Below, piece by piece: positions 11,183 to 24,631 of a stretch of DNA of 64,000 nucleotides; positions within the stretch are counted from its first letter, which is position 1; the number at the start of each line of letters is the position of its first letter. Source of the stretch: Zygnema circumcarinatum SAG 698-1b. Its lineage: Eukaryota; Plantae; Zygnematophyceae. A program made the position numbers and the translations under genes. The notes below the pieces were generated by a model that made no database searches, was not told where the DNA came from, and was given only the letters and a program-made list of their open reading frames with translations. Where the stretch lies: positions 1-64,000 of the forward strand of contig JBBHKD010000010.1 in assembly GCA_037447605.1 (NCBI GenBank). The letters run 5' to 3'.

Positions 11183-12561
11183 GGCGGCCGGGAAGGTCTC
11201 GCAAGGATTTTCTCCTTCTAATTCTCCTTAATTTTCCCCGTCTTCCTCCCCCGCCCCCTCCCTATACCTCTCCCTCTCCCTTTCTCCCTCTCTCTGATTT
11301 TCTCGTCCTCCAAAAAGCGCGCTTGACCATACGCGAATTCGTATGACCGTCTGCCCACGTCAGCACGTCCGTACGGCCAACGATCCAACGGGGACCTGCT
11401 GTACGGCCAACGGTCGACGGCGGTCAAACGAGAAACTTTGCCGTGCCCGCCGGCGGCGCGGTCAAGCACCAAGAGCGCTACTGTACGCGACTACAGAAAG
11501 CACCCCTAACATTTTCCACGCTCGCTTCGTTTCTTTGACCCAATACGAGATCGGCCAGTCTCCATCAGCCCGTTTGTAACGAGCTCATTCACGGTCCGGC
11601 AGGGGCCCGTTTTCGCGGATAAACGGCGAGTTCCATCAAACGCCCGTTTTTCCAATCGTGATAAAGCGCGTGCACGCTTTGGGCGTCGCCGTGGCCCACA
11701 TTGTACGATATGCGGCGTCCGTCGGCATTTTAGGGTTTTGCGGGAGGCGGCCGGACGCGCCCACTGCAGCCGCCACACTCCCTCCCTTCTCGTCCCCTCC
11801 TTTCCCTACCTTTCGCTGACGCGTCATTGGCGTTGCCTCCTGCAATTCCGGCGGGAGGCTTCGTTCCCTTTCGTCGTCTTCTCTCAGGTTTGGTAGTACT
11901 GGCAACACTCTCGACAGCATTGTGGATCGAAGAGCCCACTCTTGTTCGCGGTGCCCTCGTATCTCCACTTACTAATGCTGGTGCCTTCATAATTTGCACA
12001 CCAGCAATTGGCCACTCTCGTTCGTAAGCCATCTTTTGCTCGGTGATGTACTTTCTCAACAGCAGGTACACATGGAACAACTTCTGAATTGTTTCCAACA
12101 AAGAGCATGAAGATTAAGTTCAGTTGAATCCATTCTTGAGAAATTGAGGAGGATATATGTATGTTGAGCAATTGAGCTAAAAAGCATTACAATCCACAAT
12201 TGTGTATGGCCCCATTCATTTTTCCCATGTGAGAGAAAAATACATTTCGAGATGCTGTTTTGTCCCCGGCGCCACTAAGTGCTCAATCCATTCTGCACAC
12301 ACTTGAGAGCGTTAGGGGGCTGCATTCGAAAGTAATTCGTGCTACCCGGAACAGCGACTCCATTTTTGCTAATTCGCATCCAAGGCACATTCTTGCCACG
12401 ATTGATACATTAATCTTGAAAAGTAGTGCTAGAGCCAGAATGAGTCTGGCTGCTGTCAGGAATGTTTCAAAGCTCAGCTCTGTCTGATTGGTCGTGTTTC
12501 CGCCATAAACAGACACGTATGTCTATTCTCCATTGGCTGATTTCTCTCTTTGTTGTCAAGA

Positions 12562-12809
12562 GGCTTCTTGCTTCTTGCTGCTTGCTGCTTGCTTTTCGCT
12601 TCTGGCTTCTGGCTTCTGGCTTCTGGCTTCTGGCTTCTGGCTTTTTGCTTTTTACTTCTTGCTTCTTGCTGCTTGCTGCTTGCTGCTTGCTTTTCGCTTC
12701 TGGCTTCTGGCTTCTGGCTTCTGGCTTCTGGCTTCTGGCTTTTTGCTTTTTACTTCTTGCTTCTTGCTGCTTGCTGCTTGCTGCTTGCTGCTTGCTGCTT
12801 GCTTCTTGC
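12562..12809. repeat. 7-bp minisatellite (GGCTTCT/GCTTGCT)n with about 90-bp higher-order duplication
   Basis: Directly visible. It generates the spurious LASGFW-repeat ORFs. Confidence 0.9.
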
Positions 12810-15289
12810 GAATTACATACAACCCTACGGAAAAATTATTACATAAACAACTACAGACTACAAAGGCACACAAAGAGACAATAAATGGCAAAGATAAAGT
12901 GAAAAAAAATCATTTTCGAAAAATAAAAACAAAGAGGCAATGGTTTCTATGCACACCTCTATTTCTCTACCCCTTCCTCAACCTTTCTTCTTTCCCTTTA
13001 TTTTCCCCTCATTTTTTAGCCATTGGCTTTGGTGTCGCAAAGCCACTCCAATTTCGTTTTTTTCCTCTCCGAAACACAAGCATCATTAGAAAAAAGCCAT
13101 CCAAGAGAATGGAAGCAAAAATCTGAAAGTGAAAAATTGCCAATCACGTACTCAAATTAATTAAACAAAAAGAATAATAATAATTACAACCCTAATCAAT
13201 TGCTTCTAAAGTAGCTGAATTAACTTGGCGACACAACCATTAGACACGCTAGGTGGCGGAGTCTCCCTCCTTCCTCCTAACAAAAAATCTCCATCGTACG
13301 AGTAAAGGGACACAAAACCCCCCTTCGGCATGCTCAGGCCGTCTCAAACTAATCCTAAAGGCTGAGAATGGGAAGAGCCCTCACATTGCTCATCCTATTC
13401 TAGGGTTAGATGCGAGCTTAACTCTGCTGACCCTCCCTCACACTTAGCGAGCTTCAGCCCGCTTTGGCTGACTGACTCATGGGAAACGCCCGTTGTCGGA
13501 TTCAGGGCACTCGGACTTCTCATCGTGGTTTTCCAAATAAGTTGGCAGCCGTGGCTGGCGCTTAACCGGAGGATTTCCTGCGGCCCGGGCGACTGCGTTT
13601 CACGACCTGGCGGTCGCGGCGTTAGCGGCTTCTAGCCAGCGTGGCGGTCGCGCGCTGGCGTATCTTTGGTAGCCCGCGTGGCTGACGCAGCGAATGAGCC
13701 GTAATGAAGTACACCACCTTCTTCGGACCCGTCACCGGGGAGCGGGCCTGCCGTTACCGCGTGGCAGCCCGCGTCGGCCCGCGTTGGTGAAAACGGCCTC
13801 ATGGAACCCATGGGTCGTCGTCCATTACGACGCCACGTCGGAATAACGGGCTGATGGAAACTGACCCTTAAGGAGCATAGATACTGCTCGGTCATCGATT
13901 TTCGGTGAAAAAAAAAGGGAGAAAGCACAAATTTTAGCATTTTTTCATTGTTTGAATGGCAAGTAAACGTTACAGGCCAGCAAACACTTCTCGTATTGGG
14001 TCAAAGAGACGAAGAGGCTCAAAGAGGTCGCAAAGTTAAACATCCCTCAATGCCACAATGTTTGATGATTGTCCGGATGTGTCTGGCAATGCTTGTGGAA
14101 TTATAATGCGTTTTTAGGGTTTAAAAACCTTTTGGTTCTAAAATCAAATCTGCCCGACGGAAAATGGAGTGTGTATAGACAAAAAAGGTGTAAAAAAATC
14201 ATTTTCGTTTTTAATCCTTTTTTTTTTAAATAGAACCTGCCCGGTGAAAAAAGGTCTGTGTGTAGACAAAAAAGGTGTGAGAACACAATTTTCCAATTTC
14301 AAAATCGTACGGTATATGTGAGGAACAACAAGGAGCTCGTGTAACTAAATGTACGGTACCAATAGGAGCAAGTGTGAGAGAGAGAGAGAGAGGGAGAGAG
14401 AGAGAGAGGGGGCCACTACCGCGCCAGAGCCAGCTCCGTACCGTGTGGCCGTACAGTTCGGTTGGTCAACGCGGAAAGGTGAGGTCTGCGTATTCTAGTC
14501 ATCACGATTAGCGAATAGCGACAAGAAAATTGATGGAGACTTTTGATTGATTGATAGATTGATTGACTAGTGATTGATAGCGACCAGCTCCCCGTGGTTT
14601 CCCCGTGCTGACTTTGACCACGTATTCGTGAGGTCAATGCCACTTCCCATTATCCACTTTTCTAATCAGGTCAACGCAGTACGGCGGTCTGAAAATTTTA
14701 GTCGTCGCGAATCGCGGTTAGCGAACAGTAACAGGTCTGGAAGTTCATGGTCGTCGAACTTTGTCGGGTAGCGAGCAAGTGTCAGACTTTTGTTGTCCGT
14801 ACAGTCTACAGTGTACTCGCGTTATAGTGACCATATCGATCCCAACGTATTTGTGTCACTAGGGCGTGTCAGACTTAACAAAATGTTACGAATATCGAGT
14901 TTTTAGTATTACGAGAATCGAGGTTACTAAGTACTAAAAATCATCGTGCCCCCGAACCTAAACCGAACCGAACGGAAGTCAACTGTGCTAAGTCAACGGG
15001 TCAACGTTGCGAAGATTGACCCGTGGGGTTTACTAAAAAGGGCACTTCTTCGCACGATTTTGTTCGCACCCAAAAGAGGCGCCGAAATGGACGTGCGAAG
15101 AAAATACTGGCGAAAATCGCGTCAACGTGACGTCATGGTTGTTTTCCCGGCTTCCCGCCCGCGCCCGCGCCCGCCCGTGACGCGCAACACGACACAACGA
15201 CAAGCGGACTCCGCGCGCCGCGCCGGCGCTGTTTCTAAGTCTGAGGGCCCCGCGNNNNNNNNNNAGTGGGGTCGAATGTCGGTTACTGC

Positions 15290-16200
15290 CCGGAAAATGT
15301 TTCCACCTCCCTCGAGGCTAGGGTTGGGGGCACGGTCCCCCTCCGACCCGTGCCCAGGGGCACGTGCCCCCCCCCCTTGGGGGGGGGGGCATGCCCCTTT
15401 TTCGTGCCCCGTGACGTGACTGCATTGAGCAATTCAAATCGGCCCCAAAAAGAATATAATATTTTAAAAACGGTACGGGTGAAGGTACGGAAAGTACAGA
15501 TGAATGTACTAAACGTACGGATCAAGGTACAAATGTACGAAAAAATATGAAAAGTACGGACAGTACTCAACACAACTCTCAAAACTGAGGATCCAGCACA
15601 GCACAGTTTTTTAGCTTTTAGTTCTCACCTCTCAACTCTCCTTATGCCTCTTCTCACTTGTATTACCCCTCTTATCTCTTGTCTGCCTCCCACTCCTCAC
15701 CCTAAGAGAGAGAGAGAGAGAGACAGAGAGAGAGAGAGCGAGAGAGAGATGAAATTGAAAATGGAAATCGGAAATGTGGAATGTGGAAATCGGTCTTCTA
15801 TTTTCAACACCCTCCCAAGAGTCTCCCAAGTCTCTGGTGTGTTAAGCAGGTCGTGAAGACAACAAAATCGAACAGATTTTTGAGTGTTACTATTACTGTA
15901 CACATAGTTACTGAGTGAGATCAATGCCAAATCATTTTACTGAGTGCTTTTTCTCTCTTTTCTTTTTTGTTAGAAAGAGATAGTTGCGATGCGGAACTGA
16001 ACGCTGTCTTCAATCGTCACCGGCCCGGGCCCGGTCGTACGAGGTAAGCGTCACGTGACAGGGGGCACGGGGGGGCACGAAATATATGGGGAAAATTTTT
16101 GGAGGCGTGCCCCGGGCACGGACGGTCAAAAATGGGGGGCATGCCCCCCCCCCGGGCATGCCCGTGCCCCCGTGCCCCCAACCCTACTCGAGGCCCTCCC
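15290..16200. mobile_element. Putative non-autonomous TIR element with about 120-bp GC-rich imperfect inverted ends
   Basis: CTCGAGGCTAGGGTTGGGGGCACGG (15311) is inverted against CCGTGCCCCCAACCCTACTCGAG (16169). GTGCCCCGTGACGTGAC (15404) is inverted against GTCACGTGACAGGGGGCAC (16050). No TSD identified. Confidence 0.5.
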
Positions 16201-17413
16201 GCCCGCGGCCGCTGGCTCGTTTTTGGCAATTTCTTGCGGCTGCCAGGAGAGGGCCCCGTCCGGCGCATACGACAAATATCGGCGCCCTCTCCGGCGCGAG
16301 CCATTTGGCTTCGTCCTGTGATTGGCTGCCGTGCGATTTGGGGCTTGTCGTGAGGCGGTTGTCGGCGTACCTCAAACGCGGGAGGGGACTGACCACGTGG
16401 CGATCGATGGATGGCTCACTGGAACCCGTGAGAATTCGACTCACACGTGTGACTGCCGTGCGGGACTGCGAAACTGTCGTCCAGAATAACGGAGCGAGTC
16501 ACATGGAGCGGCAAGCAGGCGAGAGCCTTCACCGACGGGCGGGGCTCTGCAGGTTCGCTAAAACGAGGACTCGAGAGGGCTGTCAACTGGACGAACAAGA
16601 ACTCGCAAACGACCACCAACAGTAAGAGAGAAGCAGCCATGGAGGAAGCTAAAGATGCGACAACCATGGACGGATCTCAACGAGAGAGGCACATGTGATG
16701 AGGACCAAGTCCTTTCTGTCGAACAGAATTAGGTTAAACCGACACTTTAGGGTTAAGGGCTTTTAAGGAGAGGCTGCATCTGCTTGGGCCACTCCGCCGA
16801 CGCCGAAGGATATGGATTAGGGTTAGGGTTGAGGAGGACATGGCGCTCTCAGAAACGGGACAGGACTCAGACAGCACTCGTGAAATAAATTGAATGCTTC
16901 ATTGAAAGTGAAATAGAAAGTGAAACTGAAACTAAAACTGCAATTAAAACTGAAACTGAAACAGGAATAGAAGTGAAACTGAATCTGACTGACAATTTTG
17001 AGCCAGGACAGAAATAGATAGAAAGCGAACACATTTGGGGGCAGAGCTTGGGCGTTCACGCCCTTTATTTTTTCTGATAGCAGCCACAAAGTAGGAGAAA
17101 GGTGGAGATGGGGGAAGAGAGAGAGCGAGTGAGAGACAGGGAGAAGAGTGAGGGTGAGGGAGACGAGGTGCGGGAAAAGTAGAGAGAGAGAGTGAGAGGA
17201 GGAGAGGGAGAAGGAGAGGGTGAGGAAGAGGAGAAGGATGAGGGTGAGGGGGTAAGGCAGAGAGAGGGCAGAGGGAATGGGTGAGGCAGAGAGAGATAGA
17301 GCGAGAGAGAGAGAAATAGAGAGAGACAGGAAGACAGAGGTAAGCGGGGGAGAAGGAAGGGTGGGCCTCTGTAGGTTGACTGAAATGGAGTTGACCTAAA
17401 ATCTAAATCCCTT

Positions 17414-18447
17414 TCAATGTATAACGGCCGGTTGGTTCTTCCGCCTCTTCCTTGAGCTTCTATGTGCCGGCTGTTCCGTAGTCCGTACAGCCTCCGTCGG
17501 CTTCAACGCATACATCCGCACCTGAAATAGGTCTGCGGGAAATTTCCGTTGCAGCTGGAAGAGAAAAAAGACATGGAGAGGGGAGGAGAAGGGAGATTTC
17601 TTGTATATGTTATGGAAAAAATATACACTGCCCGACAAAGGAAAATACGAAAGAAGAATGCATACATCTTCTTTTGAATATTCTGTGAGCAAATTCATAG
17701 AGAAGAGATGTGAAGTGAAGGACCTTTGTCTTAAGAAGGTGAAGCGAACTTTGCTGAAAGAGGTCCCGGAAATGGGCATCTGAGCGAGTCACACTGCTGT
17801 CCTCCTTGTCCACCACAAAGCCTGGAGGGAGGGAGGGAGGGAGGGAGGGAGGGAGAGAGGGAGGGAGGAAGGGAGGGAGAGGAGGGGAAGGAGAGAGGGA
17901 GGGGAGAGAGGGGGGTAGAGACCGAGAAAGTGAGGTGGGAGAGAGAGACAGGGGGAGAGAGGACGAGAGAGGGGGTGAGAGGAAGAGGGCCGGAGAGATG
18001 GGGAATGGGGGAGGGGGAGAGTGGGAGAGGGAGAGAGAGAGACTGACTGTAAGAATCCCTCCCTTAAGACTCCTTAGCGATTTCTTAGCTGTTAGGGTTC
18101 TTAGTAAACAAGACGCTCTCACCTGTTTTTGCAATGTTCTCTTTCAGAACGAAGAGACCTCCCGGCTTCAGACCCGCCTGCAACAAAAAATAAATGCATT
18201 CAGTCCGAGCAGCCACCTCACAACATATAATTCAAAGGAAAAAGAAAAGGGTAACTTCTGCACTCTTATCTTTATCTTCCCTTAAATGATCTGGGAAAAG
18301 ATGGGGAAGGGGGAGTCCGTGGGGGAGGGAGAGAGAGAGGTAGAGGGAGAGGAAAGAATGGAAGCTTATATATGGCTTTATGATTAGAAGGAAAAATCGA
18401 AGGAAGAGTGAAGGCGAGCAGGGAGAGAGATCGAACAAGGATGAAAA

Positions 18448-18533
<86 letters not shown>

Positions 18534-20358
18534 AACCTTGGATCGCTGGAAAAACTCAACAAAGTCTCGGTCTGTGAGGTGACCGATGCACCACTGCACC
18601 CAAATGACATCGTAGCGCTGCTCTTCTGGTGTGAATTTCTGCACTTCTACCCCATTTGTACCCGTCACAAAAGCAACATTATTAACACTTACGGATACAC
18701 GTCATACCTTTACAAGCCTTGAAGGGAAGCGTCAAATTTGATTGAGACTCATGCACTGCACAAAGACTGGAAATCCTCAACATATGGATAAAAATATTCA
18801 TAATTACCGACCGGAAAGCAATCATTACTAATACTTAAGGAGCAGGTAGGAACTCACCGTACCTCTAAGGGCTGACAGAAGAAATTCGAGGCATGATTTT
18901 TTTGGTTTCCGACAGATATTCCTTGAAGACTTGATTTCGCTGCATCAATAAAATGTTGCAAGGGCTCAACAAGGTCAACCTGCAAAAGAAGTACGAAAAG
19001 GTTGATGATGTGATGTGGATCGGATGATTGGATTAACTGACTTATAATAGCACACGAAATGGAATCTTCCATGCATCATTGGAAAAAAAAGGTTGAACAA
19101 AATACTGACGAGAAAAAAAAGATCATCAAGAAAAAGGTATAGGGGCCTACCTCTTGGAAATTATTCAAAAGTAGTTCCTTCGTGACTCGCCCTATTCCAG
19201 CACCACAATCTGAAAGAGCAGCAAATATAGTATTTCTATGAAAATAGAAATACTTTCTGCACAGGCGAGTATGATGCCTCGCTTTGCCAACTCTTCTCAA
19301 TCACTCTCTCACTTTCCCTCCCTCTCTTCTCCTTTTTCCTCTCACCTCTCCCACTTTCCCCTAAGCTCAAACCCGCCATTGCCCCCGTCTCCCCTCTGCT
19401 CTACTTCCCTTCCCTTCCCTTCCCTTCCCGTCCCTTCCCTTCCCTTCCCTTCCCTTCCCTTCCCTTCCCTTCCCTTCCCTTCCCTTCCCTTCCCTACCCT
19501 CCCTTCCACTCCTTTCCCTCTCCCGTCTTCTTTTCCCCTCCCTCCCTCCCTCCCTTCCCCCTCTCTCCCTTCCTCCTGCCACCCGCACTCTCCCTCCCTC
19601 TCGCTTCCCCTTCCTCCTTCCCCTCTCGAGAGTTTTCCCAAAACATAAACCTACCAAGTTTTCAACAATCTTTCATTCTCCACATTTTTTGACAAAAAAT
19701 TCGATGAGATAAGATTTCCGAAATCTTAACCACTACAGTAATCTTACCGACTTTCTCACCTAAAGCGACCAACTTCATCTCCCCCATTGCCGCCTTCGAC
19801 AACTGCTCTCGAAATATCTCCTTCAAAAAAGCGTCGCTTTCTGCGACATCCATTGCGCTCACATCGGCGAAGCCTCCGAGGACTCCGTTCACAGACGGCT
19901 CCACTCCCTGTTCGCACAAAGAGAAGAGTTAGGGTTCAGGATTAGGGTTTGAAGCGTTCAAGCTTAAGGTCTTTTAGGATTTAACTCTAAAAAGGATTTT
20001 AGAGTTTAAGCAGATTAGGGTTGAAAATTTTAGATGTTTAGGTTTAACATCACCGAGAACTTAGAACTTCAGGTGTTCAGGCTTGACTTTATCGAACATT
20101 GAGGGTTGAAATACTTTAAGTATGGGGGATAATAGGGTTCAGAATCTGCCAGATTTCAGCATTTTAGGGTTCAGAAATGGCGATGGGTTAGGGGGTTACC
20201 TCTCACTACTTGATGCCTTTCTCATACCACTCCCTCTTCTTCCCTCCTGTCTCTCCCTCTCTCTCCCTCTCCCGCTTCTGCTCTCCACATCTCCTTCCGA
20301 CTCGCGTATTTGTTTCGGAGAGAGTCTCATCCGCTTGCATCTGTCGGGTATTCGCCAT
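17414..20358 (-). pseudogene. NTM1: Alpha-N-terminal protein methyltransferase NTM1/NTMT1, copy 1 (8 exons; exon 1 has in-frame TAG-TGA)
   Basis: Exons 20358-20200, 19907-19760, 19209-19151, 18979-18863, 18638-18537, 18177-18123, 17821-17724, 17554-17414, all GT-AG and phase-consistent. Motifs GVEPSVNGVLGGF, DCGAGIGRVTKELL, VDLVEP, YDVIWVQWCIGHLTD, GLKPGGLFVLKEN, DSSVTRS, LFQVRMYAL. Confidence 0.9.
18453..18528. repeat. (GA)n microsatellite in an NTM1 intron, much shorter in copy 2 (22187-22217)
   Basis: Directly visible. The neighbouring intron has (TTCCC)n at about 19405-19495 and 23100-23180. Confidence 0.9.
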
Positions 20359-21149
20359 CACTCAAAAATTTAATAATCTCCCTCGAGGAAGCTAAAGATG
20401 GGCGGACTTCAACGAGGGAGGCACATGTGATGAGGACCGCGTCCTTTCAGTCGAACAACAGAATTAGGTTAAACCGACACTTTAGGGTTAAGGGCTTCTA
20501 AGGAGAGGGCTGCATGTGCTTGGGCCCCTCCGGAGACGCTGAAGGATATGGATTAGGGTTAGGGTTCAGGAGGACATGGCGCTCTCAGAAACGGGAGAGG
20601 ACTCAGACAACACTCATGAAATAAATTGAATGCTTCATTGAAAGTGAAATAGAAAGTGAAACTGAAACTAAAACTGCAATTAAAACTGAAACTGAAACAG
20701 GAATAGAAGTGAAACTGAATCTGACTGACAATTTTGAGCCAGGACAGAAATAGATAGAAAGCGAACACATTTGGGGGCAGAGCTTGGGCGTTCACGCCCT
20801 TTATTTTTTCTGATAGCAGCCACAAAGTAGGAGAAAGGTGGAGATGGGGGAAGAGAGAGAGCGAGTGAGAGACAGGGAGAAGAGTGAGGGTGAGGGAGAC
20901 GAGGTGCGGGAAAAGTAGAGAGAGAGAGTGAGAGGAGGAGAGGGAGAAGGAGAGGGTGAGGAAGAGGAGAAGGATGAGGGTGAGGGGGTAAGGCAGAGAG
21001 AGGGCAGAGGGAATGGGTGAGGCAGAGAGAGATAGAGCGAGAGAGAGAGAAATAGAGAGAGACAGGAAGACAGAGGTAAGCGGGGGAGAAGGAAGGGTGG
21101 GCCTCTGTAGGTTGACTGAAATGGAGTTGACCTAAAATCTAAATCCCTT

Positions 21150-22181
21150 TCAATGTATAACGGCCGGTTGGTTCTTCCGCCTCTTCCTTGAGCTTCTATG
21201 TGCCGGCTGTTCCGTAGTCCGTACAGCCTCCGTCGGCTTCAACGCATACATCCGCACCTGAAATAGGTCTGCGGGAAATTTCCGTTGCAGCTGGAAGAGA
21301 AAAAAGACATGGAGAGGGGAGGAGAAGGGAGATTTCTTGTATATGTTATGGAAAAAATATACACTGCCCGACAAAGGAAAATACGAAAGAAGAATGCATA
21401 CATCTTCTTTTGAATATTCTGTGAGCAAATTCATAGAGAAGAGATGTGAAGTGAAGGACCTTTGTCTTAAGAAGGTGAAGCGAACTTTGCTGAAAGAGGT
21501 CCCGGAAATGGGCATCTGAGCGAGTCACACTGCTGTCCTCCTTGTCTACCACAAAGCCTGGAGGGAGGGAGGGAGGGAGGGAGGGAGGGAGAGAGGGAGG
21601 GAGGAAGGGAGGGAGGAGGGGAAGGAGAGAGGGAGGGGAGAGAGGGGGGTAGAGACCGAGAAAGTGAGGTGGGAGAGAGAGACAGGGGGAGAGAGGACGA
21701 GAGAGGGGGTCAGAGGAAGAGGGCCGGAGAGATGGGGAATGGGGGAGGGGGAGAGTGGGAGAGGGAGAGAGAGAGACTGACTAAAAGAATCCCTCCCTTA
21801 AGACTCCTTAGCGATTTCTTAGCTGTTAGGGTTCTTAGTAAACAAGACGCTCTCACCTGTTTTTGCAATGTTCTCTTTCAGAACGAAGAGACCTCCCGGC
21901 TTCAGACCCGCCTGCAACAAAAAATAAATGCATTCAGTCCGAGCAGCCACCTCACAACATATAATTCAAAGGAAAAAGAAAAGGGTAACTTCTGCACTCT
22001 TATCTTTATCTTCCCTTAAATGATCTGGGAAAAGATGGGGAAGGGGGAGTCCGTGGGGGAGGGAGAGAGAGAGGTAGAGGGAGAGGAAAGAATGGAAGCT
22101 TATATATGGCTTTATGATTAGAAGGAAAAATCGAAGGAAGAGTGAAGGCGAGCAGGGAGAGAGATCGAACAAGGATGAAAA

Positions 22182-22223
<42 letters not shown>

Positions 22224-24053
22224 CCTTGGATCGCTGGAAAAACTCAACAAAGTCTCGGTCTGTGAGGTGACCGATGCACCACTGCACCCAAATGACATCG
22301 TAGCGCTGCTCTTCTGGTGTGAATTTCTGCACTTCTACCCCATTTGTACCCGTCACAAAAGCAACATTATTAACACTTACGGATACACGTCATACCTTTA
22401 TAAGCCTTGAAGGGAAGCGTCAAATTTGATTGAGACTCATGCACTGCACAAAGACTGGAAATCCTCAACATGAGGATACAAATATTCATAATTACCGTCC
22501 GGAAAACAATCATTACTAATATTTATGGAGCAGGTAGGAACTCACCCTACCTCTAAGGGCTGACAGAAGAAATTCGAGGCATGATTTTTTGGTTTCCGAC
22601 AGATATTCCTTGAAGACTTGATTTCGCTGCATCAATAAAATGTTGCAAGGGCTCAACAAGGTCAACCTGCAAAAGAAGTACGAAAAGGTTGATGATGTGA
22701 TGTGGATCGGATGATTGGATTAACTGACTTATAATAGCACACGAAATGGAATCTTCCATGCATCATTGGAAAAAAAAGGTTGAACAAAAAACTGACGAGT
22801 AGAAAAAGATCATCAAGAAAAAGGTATAGGGGCCTACCTCTTGGAAATTATTCAAAAGTAGTTCCTTCGTGACTCGCCCTATTCCAGCACCACAATCTGA
22901 AAGAGCAGCAAATAAAGTATTTCTATGAAAATAGAAATACTTTCTGCACAGGCGAGTATGATGCCTCGCTTTGCCAACTCTTCTCAATCACTCTCTCACT
23001 TTCCCTCCCTCTCTTCTCCTTTTTCCTCTCACCTCTCCCACTTTCCCCTAAGCTCAAACCCGCCATTGCCCCCGTCTCCCCTCTGCTCTACTTCCCTCTC
23101 CTTCCCTTCCCTTCCCTTCCCTTCCCTTCCCTTCCCTTCCCTTCCCTTCCCTTCCCTTCCCTGCCCTTCCCTTCCCTTCCCTACCCTCCCTTCCACTCCT
23201 TTCCCTCTCCCGTCTTCTTTACCCCTCCCTCCCTCCCTCCCTCCCTCCCTTCCCCCTCTCTCCCTTCCTCCTACCACCCGCACTCTCCCTCCCTCTCGCT
23301 TCCCCTTCCTCCTTCCCCTCTCGAGAGTTTTCCCAAAACATAAACCTACCAAGTTTTCAACAATCTTTCATTCTCCACAATTTTTGACAAAAAATTCGAT
23401 GAGATAAGATTTCCGAAATCTTAACCACTACAGTAATCTTACCGACTTTCTCACCTAAAGCGACCAACTTCATCTCCCCCATTGCCGCCTTCGACAACTG
23501 CTCTCGAAATATCTCCTTCAAAAAAGCGTCGCTTTCTGCGACATCCATTGCGCTCACATCGGCGAAGCCTCCGAGGACTCCGTTCACAGACGGCTCCACT
23601 CCCTGTTCGCACAAAGAGAAGAGTTAGGGTTCAGGATTAGGGTTTGAAGCGTTCAAGCTTAAGGTCTTTTAGGATTTAACTCTAAAAAGGATTTTAGAGT
23701 TTAAGCAGATTAGGGTTGAAAATTTTAGATGTTTAGGTTTAACATCACCGAGAACTTAGAACTTCAGGTGTTCAGGCTTGACTTTATCGAACATTGAGGG
23801 TTGAAATACTTTAAGTATGGGGGATAATAGGGTTCAGAATCTGCCAGATTTCAGCATTTTAGGGTTCAGAAATGGCGATGGGTTAGGGGGTTACCTCTCA
23901 CTACTTGATGCCTTTCTCATACCACTCCCTCTTCTTCCCTCCTGTCTCTCCCTCTCTCTCCCTCTCCCGCTTCTGCTCTCCACATCTCCTTCCGACTCGC
24001 GTATTTGTTTCGGAGAGAGTCTCATCCGCTTGCATCTGTCGGGTATTCGCCAT
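21150..24053 (-). pseudogene. NTM1: NTM1 copy 2 (tandem duplicate, about 3.7-kb unit)
   Basis: Near-identical to copy 1, with the same TAG-TGA at 23898-23903. An extra 1-nt homopolymer deletion in exon 4 (about 22585) may be a sequencing error. Confidence 0.88.
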
Positions 24054-24631
24054 CACTCAAAAATTTAATAATCTCCCTCGAGGAAGCTAAAGATGGGCGG
24101 ACTTCAACGAGGGAGGCACATGTGATGAGGACCGCGTCCTTTCAGTCGAACAACAGAATTAGGTTAAACCGACACTTTAGGGTTAAGGGCTTCTAAGGAG
24201 AGGGCTGCATGTGCTTGGGCCCCTCCGGAGACGCTGAAGGATATGGATTAGGGTTAGGGTTCAGGAGGACATGGCGCTCTCAGAAACGGGAAAGGACTCA
24301 GACAACACTCATGAAATAAATTGAATGTTTCATTGAAAGTGCAAGAGGAAGTGAAACTGAACTGAATCAGGACTGGAAGTGGAACTGAATCTGACTGACA
24401 ATTTTGAGCGTGGACGGAAAGTGATAGAAAGCGAATGCAATTACCCACATTTTTTTATATATTTTTCCAGAGCAGTCGACCATTTGGTAGGGTCTCTTTG
24501 TAAAGTAAACACCGCGCTCGACAACCTTGATAAAGTCACGAGCCTCGAAGCTCTGACCTTACCTCACCTCCTCCCACTACGACTAAGTCTTGGCCTGGCT
24601 AGCGGGCAAAGCCCAACATTCAGTTAGATTA

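Noticed and set aside
12240-12520. Possible hAT transposase C-terminal remnant (SLFRVARITF)
   Set aside because: No diagnostic motif or element ends. Chance similarity is likely.
12462-13126. Hydrophobic LASGFW-repeat ORFs as membrane proteins
   Set aside because: By-products of a 7-bp minisatellite, open in several frames.
17610-19657. GR/ER/PS-rich ORFs around the NTM1 introns
   Set aside because: Translations of (GA)n, (GGGA)n and (TTCCC)n microsatellites.
20203-20208. Non-standard genetic code (TAG=Tyr/Gln, TGA=Trp) to explain the NTM1 stops and GATTAG at 58080
   Set aside because: NTM1 itself appears to end at TGA. The long retroelement ORFs have no internal TAG or TGA at conserved sites. 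The 58080 TAG is a single C>T change in one copy.
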